Shown in pieces: positions 56,434-64,000 of a stretch of DNA of 64,000 nt. Numbering within the stretch: the stretch's first letter is position 1; each line of letters starts with the position of its first letter. This DNA comes from Eledone cirrhosa (taxonomy: Eukaryota). The stretch lies in NCBI GenBank assembly GCA_964016885.1, contig OZ024742.1:269204001-269268000 (forward strand), given 5' to 3'. Under the pieces are notes generated by a model. The model saw nothing but the letters and a program-made list of their open reading frames with translations. It had not been told where the DNA came from and did not search any database. A program made the position numbers and the translations under genes.

Positions 56434-57159
56434 TTATATGTGCATATGTGTGTGTATGTATGTACATGTATGTATATGTATTTTTATATGTACATGTATG
56501 TATATATATGTACATGTATGTGTATATATATACACGGCGATATATATATATCACCGATTTAGTTGGAATCTACTTATTACTTAACATCAGAGCTGAAATC
56601 CAACCCTTGCAATGCGGAATATATAGGGACGACGCCCTTTTTGCAGTCCAATTCCATAATTTTTTCAAAAATAACGGTCTCTCTATCACCATAGAACCGA
56701 ACCATAAGGTTGTAAACTTCCTGGATGTTAACCTAGATCTTAACAATAACTTATATTACCCTTATCATAAACCAGGTGAAATACTTACATATATTAGCCC
56801 GCACTCTAACCACCAACCGGCAGTCATCAAATCTATCTCGTATAGGATCTCCATGCTATCCGCAAATGAGGAGATATTTATGAATCATGCGGGATATTAT
56901 AATAAGGCCCTTTCTGAATCTGGTTATACCAAAATGCCATAACACAGAACTTCACTACAACCATAATAAATTTAACACTAGAACTAGAAATACTTTAGCA
57001 TTTAGCCAGATACCCCGGAATTTGAGCAGTACCAGCACCTATACAGGGAACCATAATGGTGGCAGAGGTCTACTTCCAACTCCTACTAGCAGAGTCAGAA
57101 TCAACCCTAGAATAGGAATGAGCAATGATCTGACAAATAACAAACGCCCAAGTAATAAT

Positions 57160-57340
57160 TGTTTCTACTTTTGGCACAAGGCCAGCAATTACCCAGTACA
57201 TTACTGGTACTTTATTTTATCGACCCCGTAAGGATGAAAGGCAAAGTTAACCTTGGTGGGATTTGAACTCAGAATGGCAAGGGCTGTAACTCTATGCGTC
57301 AAAGCATGGCGTCCGACCCTCTACCGATACTGCCAATCCA
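57160..57340 (-). mobile_element. tRNA-derived SINE inserted in the PLE with TSD
   Basis: ccaagtaataat at 57148-57159 and 57341-57352. Confidence 0.9.
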
Positions 57341-58617
57341 CCAAGTAATAATAATCCTATGAAAGCCCCTGCCACATCCACTAGAACCCCTAGAAGGAAT
57401 AGGCCTAGACATATCACTTGGTTTAACCCCCCATTCTCATCTAATTTAGCCACTAATATCCCTAAACGCTTCTTCTCTATCCTATCTAAATATACCCCCC
57501 CTCCCAACCATTGATATTACAAACTCTTTAATAAAAACAACATTACAATCTCATTCTCCACAACACCTAACAAAGCTAGCCACATCGCATTCAGTAACCA
57601 TTATAAATTAAGAGAGTATAACTCCCAAACCGCGGTACGACCACCCCCCTCAAATACAGGACGCCACTACACCAATACTTACTCCAGTAGCATACTTCCC
57701 CATCTAATCCTTCTAGCATACACCAGCCGCATAGTGTAAACAACCCTACCCTCACTAACCGCAGCAGTAACTGCAACTGCCGTTACCCTAATGCATGCCC
57801 ACAAAACGGACAATGCCTTACACCCAATATAGTATAAAGGTGCACATTTAAAACATCATCACATACCAGCTCCTATATTGGCTCTACCTCTAACCCTTTT
57901 AAGGTACGCTATAACGCGCACTCATTTTCGTTCCGAGACCCTAGCAATAGATGTTCAACATCTCTAGCTAGGCTCATTAAAAACCTTAAATTAACCAACA
58001 TTGAACACTCACTAACATGGAATATCTTAGCTAGATCCCAAGCGTTCAATGGACGAAGACACTCTTGTGATCCCTCTCTTACCGAGGCCTATTACATAAC
58101 TCTATCATGACCTTAACCGATTAACAATAGAAGCGAGATAATTATTAGCTGTCAACATCGAAGGGCAAATTCCTTCGCCAACAGAATATTCGACCCAACA
58201 TAGTCATCTAATCCCACTTTTACTTATAACTAACATGCTAAATATTTAACCCAGACTTAGATAATTATAAGTTACCTCCCCTAAACAGTCTCTCACTTAA
58301 GCTCATTAGCACTTATTAGTTATAATTCACCTACAATTTCTAAATTCTCACGAAGTTACTTTCCTTGACACCCGTTTCTAATTAGTAAGGTAAATATGTC
58401 CTTAGGTGGCCTTCTTGTTACGCATAAGCAGATCTCGCTTAATACAGCCTCGACAGAAGAATAATGCTTGTCTATAGCAGACAATAGATAGACCCAGGAC
58501 ACCGTCGTGAAATACCAATATATGGAACATTACATTCATGTAACCATCTTTCGTTACCTTACTTTATATTCCTTATTCCATCGTACCTTTCTCAATATTT
58601 TCATTATCTCTTTTGAA

Positions 58618-58735
58618 GTTCTGAAGAGCAGCTCCATTTTTACCTAAGTTATTCATTTTCATCTGAATCGGATCAATAATGATCTATAATCATTTGGTCC
58701 AGAAACATTTATGGAGTAGCGAAACAATTGTAAAC
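58618..58735 (+). ncRNA. Type I hammerhead ribozyme with extended stem II
   Basis: gtt CTGAAGA gc-a-gctccat...atggagt-a-gc GAAA caattg TA aac. Confidence 0.72.
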
Positions 58736-58738
58736 GGA

Positions 58739-58739
<1 letters not shown>

Positions 58740-58802
<63 letters not shown>
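58740..58802. repeat. (ATT)n microsatellite between PLE end and Tx1 start
   Basis: Directly visible. Confidence 0.97.
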
Positions 58803-61800
58803 GAATGCCATGGTTGACGGAGGCTCGGCTCTGTAATGTATTGTAAATTTTGACCGCTATAACAATTGTAAATTGTTTAAATCTTTAACCAAATTGTAGA
58901 CAAAAACAGCCTCCTCCTCGTGAGAGGGGTCTTTCTGCCAGTCATTTGGCCCTTCGGAGTTAAATAACCGCTTATTTGGGTTTTGTGCCCAATATTTATT
59001 TTAAACCAAAAAAAATATGGCTACAAAAAATAATTTTCACAAGTCACTCCCACTCATTCCGTTTTCTTCTTACTCATCCGTCACTACAGCAGAGAGAAGA
59101 TTGTCTCTCTCCCTCCCTTCTTTAAATGTGTCTCTCTCCCCTTCTTCTCTTTCGCAAGCGACGCCAGTAAAGAAAAATAGTTTCCAAAATCACGTGCAAA
59201 ACATGGAACATTTCTCCACGACAACGACAACGACGAAAAAGGCGTGCGGGAAATACGATAACACATTTCATTCGTCTGACGTCATGACTAATAGCAGTAG
59301 CAGCCGTAATAATAGCAGCAGCAGCAACAGTGACAAGGAAAACAACAGTAGCAGCCGCAACAGCATCAGCAGCAGCATAAACAACAACAGCATTAGCAGC
59401 AACAGCAACAACAACAACAACAGCAGCAGCAGCAACAACAACAACAACCACAGCAACAGCGGCGGCGGCAGTAGTCGTAGTACCTGCAGCAACAACAAAA
59501 GTAACAGCAGCTCTGACGACGACAACAACAACAACAACAGCAGCAAAGAAGAACCAATCTCATTTGCAGGTATCGCAAAAACCTGGAAACCATCCTCATA
59601 ACAAAATGAGAAATTACAGGAACCAAAGAAGATGGTGACGAAAACCGGACACCGAGCAATCTGCAAGGCAGCCGAAAGCTTTTTCGAAACCCAACAGCAC
59701 TGTACGGTCACGTACCGTACAGTAAGCAAAACATTTCGTAGGGTTGAAAGAGCCACAGAGGCACAAATACAAAAAGCCTTAGGGTCTGTGTGGCAGAGGA
59801 AAACGCATATCACACGAAACAAGAATTATGCCACCGTAGACGTGCTTTTTGCCACACCCCAGGAGGCAAAGGCTCAATCCTTAGTGACCCTAAGGAGCGA
59901 GGAAATGGTGTTGGTGTCCTCCTGCTGCGGGCAAAAACTGTGAGGGTCAAACTAACCCCCACCCCCCACCCACCACCACCACCACCACCCCCACCGAGAT
60001 GGCCCCTTCTTGGCTGGCCCCCTCTGTCCTCGTCGGAATCGAGGACAAAACAACTGTACTGCAAGTAAGTACAAAAAAAAGTAAGAGAAGATTGGGTCGG
60101 CACCTCCATTGAGATGTTAATCCAAACCAAACAGGAGTGCATCGAATCTATCCCGGATGTGATATACTTCGATAATGGCACTCAACTGCCCATAAGTGTT
60201 GAGGGCAAACGCCCAAAATGCTTTCGCTGTGGATCGAAGACTCACCTCAGGGCCTTCTGCAACGAGAACCCCTGAGGAAGGAGAAAATCCCCCTCCATCC
60301 GAAACCTACTCCACTACTACCAGCAACAGTACAAGCGGCAACCAGGAACGATAGATCCGTGGCACCCATACCCACGCCACGGAATTCAAGAACAGGAGCA
60401 GCAGTGGAGGATTAACAACAAAAACAGTAATACCAACTGCAGCTGCAACAGAGACTCCACTGCAAACATCACCAACAACAACAAGTGAAAGAGGGCAGCT
60501 GGTACCCCTCTCCGATCTCACAGAATCAGACATGGAGTGTGAGGTGGGAGAAATTGGCAAAACGTTGCAAGATGGCACAAACGCAGAAGCAGCGCATCGT
60601 CGCCTTCGAAAAGGGAGGAAAGAAATGAAAAAAGGGTAAAGGCTACTGCAAAGAGACTCACAGCAGCAACACCACCGATACCATCACCACCCACACTAGC
60701 ACCATCATCACCACCGGCGACAAACCCACCGCCAACAACAACAACACCTTCAACACCACCACCACAAGCACCAACATCGCAAACACAACAACAAAACACA
60801 CACACCCAGCAACAACGACAAGAAAATAGCAGAACCACACCTCACCCCCAGAAAAACAAATGCAGGGCAATAAATACACACAACAAAAAACTAATGACTT
60901 ACATAATTGAAAACACAGACATTTCACAGCACGACTACATAATACCAGCACCAATCAAAACACCAACCAACATAAGACTGGTAAGAATAGCACAGAAACA
61001 ATACACAAACATTAACACGAAATTTCCCAACGCAGTTGGTGATTTCAGAGACCTAGGAGGGACTCTCCACCGGAGAGTATATTCGGACATACACATAGAA
61101 GAGCCGACGACCAGCCGAAGGGACGATTCAACGGTCCTTTCACAAGAGGATCAAGTGAAAAGGGATGGAGAAACCATCCTTCCTCTACGAAAAGTACGTT
61201 AAGTGGTCGTTCCCATCTTTTCCACTCCATTTCAACATGATCTCACTCAGAATAGGCAGCATAATGCGCGTGGCTTGGGATCGTCATGGAAGCAAGGCCA
61301 CCTGCTCAACGACCTCAGGTCACTAAACATAGATGTAGTGGCATCAGGTAGACCAGAATCTCCGAAGTACGGTCTTTCACACCGATCTTCGGCAGCTACG
61401 ATGTGTATGCATCTCCCAGCCGTCCGGGATCGGGGGGAGGAGTTGCTGTGCTTTTTCGGAGAGGTTTAGATCTCGCCATACGGGCCATCTTCCTGGACCC
61501 ATAAGGTAAGTTGGTGGTGCTGGACCGACCAGCGGAGACGGGCAAGCTTTCAGGCTAGTGGCCGTCTATGCCCCGACAGGAGCAGGGTGGCCTGATTTCT
61601 CCCGGCGTCTTGAGACCTTTCTTGGAACGTCCCACTCTTTAGTGTTAGTGGGCGACTGGAACGGGATCTCAGATGCACGCTGGGACTGTGTGGGGTTAGC
61701 GGATAGAGGAGGAGGGTGCATGAGCCTCACCAACCTGCTCAGGCGTTTTGAACTGTCTGACAGGTACCGATTGGATTTCCCGAATGTGCCAATGTGGACT

Positions 61801-64000
61801 TGGACAAATCGCAAAGGGTCATCCAGATCTTATCGAGATAGAGTATTTTGTAGGGAAATAGATAGGTCTAGCATTGGCTGTCCACAATTCAAGATAGGCA
61901 GCTAGACTGACCACAAATTCGTGATCTGTGTGCTTGACTTAGATAGGCTTCATAGACGAGGACCCGGCTACTGGAAGCTAAACACATCCTTACCAGCTCG
62001 AAAGGCCTACAGAGACCAGATTAGCGAACTAGTTAAGCGGGCTCTGAAAAGAGCGATTAGAATAGAATCGATTAGGTTTAGTAAGGCTTTAGCAATAGAG
62101 AAAAATAGAGCAGAGGGAGAACTAGTTAGCAAATTAGACGAGGCGCTTAGCAAAGGCATTGCGACCGACGTGCTTGCGGCGAAATTGGCCCTTGACCAAT
62201 TCTTCAATGCAAAGCACGAAGGCTGCGTTGTCAGAGCTAGGGTGCGTGCTCTCAGACACAAGGGGAGGAAAAACGTTCAATGGGCCCGAGTGGCGGAGGC
62301 GCGTCGTGGCAACAAAACCACGATCAGGTATTTAGTGGACCACGACGGGCGCATGCTACTCGATCCTGGGCAAATGTGTAAAGTTTTTCAGCGACACTTC
62401 GCTCAGCTGTTCGGGGGCAGCGGTGGACCGGGTCGAGGGATGGAATTTAGTGTCTACCTCGACGGACTGCGGCGGCTCTCGGCCACTGAGGCGGAGTGTT
62501 GCGAAAAGCCGATAACAGCCGCTGAGGTACAGGAGGCAATGACTGGCTGCACAAGGGGTAAATCGCCTGGTTTGGATGCTCTGCCTTATGATCTTTACGT
62601 ACAGATGCCAGATTTGTTCGGAGGCCTCTTGGCGGACGTCTACTGTAACTGGCAACAGAACGGGAGAATTCCCAGCTATTTGAGCTGAGGAGCGGTGACA
62701 CTGAAGCGGTGACACTGAGAATACGGAGCGGAGACAGGAGCAATGATCAGCCAGGGAAAGTCAGTGGGCCTGCAGCTCTGCACCTGGAGAAGCAGGTTCA
62801 TGCCGTCCAACAGCGTCGTTGGACGCTGGACGGACGGACCGCTTAAATTGCTAGGGGTCTGGTTCGGTCCGGACCTCCAGACGGACAAAAACTGGGACGA
62901 GGTGACGAGCAGGGTGGCTTCTCTCACCAAGAAATGGGCGGAGAGGAAGCTATCCCTGAAAGGTCGAGCGGAGGTGGCTAACGCGTAAAGCGTCTGTAAT
63001 CTGCTACCGCCTGACCGTCGTACCTTGTCCTAAGTCCCGCCTCACTGCACTGGAGTATTTTCTCTTTCGCTTTGTGTGGAAGGGACGCGCTCCGATGGTC
63101 AGGCGGTCCATCTGTTGTCAACACCCGCTACGTGGAGGGCTGATCAGCCCTGGCTGATGATGCGCAGACGCGCGCTCATGCTACGACATCTCCACCTCTT
63201 CCTCGACGGTGATCAGGTGTGGTCGCCGTTTGCTAGACACGTATTTACCCAGCTCGTTTCCTTGACGGAGCTGCAGTCCTGAGTCAAGCGAGGACCGAGA
63301 GGGAGCGCCTAGGGACTGGAATGTCTTCAGGCGCTCACAGCCCTCTACCAATCGGGCAATGTGATCGGTGGAAACTCCACCTCGGCGTTCTATAGAGGAT
63401 TAGTGGAGGGGAAGTGCGACCACGTACTTGGGGAAAGTATAGGCGTCGACGAAAAATCAACTAGCCAATCTCTTCGGAAGAACTTTCGGGCGGGCGCCTA
63501 TGGACAACTTCCAGAAATCTCTGGCCTGGCAGTGCTACCGAGGAGCTTTGCCAGTTCGGGATTAACTCTACAGGCATGGAGGTGCCGTCAGCCGGGCATG
63601 CCCGAGATGCGCGCAGGGCGACGAAACCGTCCTGCACGCACTCTTCCAGTGTCCGAAAATTGCTGACTTGTGGGTTTATGTCGAACACCTGCTGTCGCGT
63701 GTAGGACGGATCCGGCTATCATCTGAGTCCATCGTGATGATTGCCCCGCCCTCTTACTTTAGCCGGGAAGGACAGGTAGTTTTTATCTGTCTGGTGGCCA
63801 TGGCGAAATAGATAGTATGGTGGACACGTTTCAAAGGGCTGAAGACGAGCACTTACCTCTTCGGTGATGCCCTGATTGACTTTTTCAAATTTCATTTGAA
63901 AAGGAAAATCAGAGTAGAGAGGGAAGTGCTCTCTTCCCAGCATTTTGTTGAAAGATGGGTGAGAGAAGCAAGTATGGCCCGAGTGAATGGGCCTACTCTG
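58803..64000 (+). mobile_element. Tx1/L1-clade LINE (copy B), ORF1 + ORF2, RT core deleted
   Basis: ORF1 from 59017 with knuckle CFRCGSKTHLRAFC (about 60219); ORF2 from 61237, about 95% identical to copy A; about 0.6 kb RT core missing at about 62710. Confidence 0.93.

Larger units (their letters stand above)
56551..58740 (+). mobile_element. 5'-truncated Penelope/Poseidon-type PLE with SINE insertion and 3' hammerhead
   Basis: ITDLVGIYLL, GIYRDDAL, NFLDVNLDL, ITWFNPPFS, CNCRYPNACP, YIGSTSNPFKVRYNAH. Confidence 0.9.

Overview
Eukaryotic, repeat-saturated DNA, most consistent with a cephalopod mollusc (inferred from the SINE/LINE/microsatellite landscape). I see no intact host gene. The window holds two young Tx1/L1-clade LINEs at its ends (about 95% identical ORF2 by eye but only about 50% identical ORF1 protein), several older Tx1 remnants, RTE, R4/Dong and CR1 LINE fragments, at least eight Penelope-like (RT + GIY-YIG) fragments and eight copies of one tRNA-derived SINE. 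It also holds a probable Helitron, many microsatellites and decayed class-A GPCR remnants. The most striking signal is about 13 type I hammerhead-ribozyme motifs from roughly 9 unrelated families. Many sit in 0.3-0.7 kb non-coding units inside (TA)n tracts that share one architecture (unit + repeated terminal piece + inverted partial copy), suggesting a Penelope-dependent, retrozyme-like foldback system. All identities and folds were judged by eye; no searches were run.
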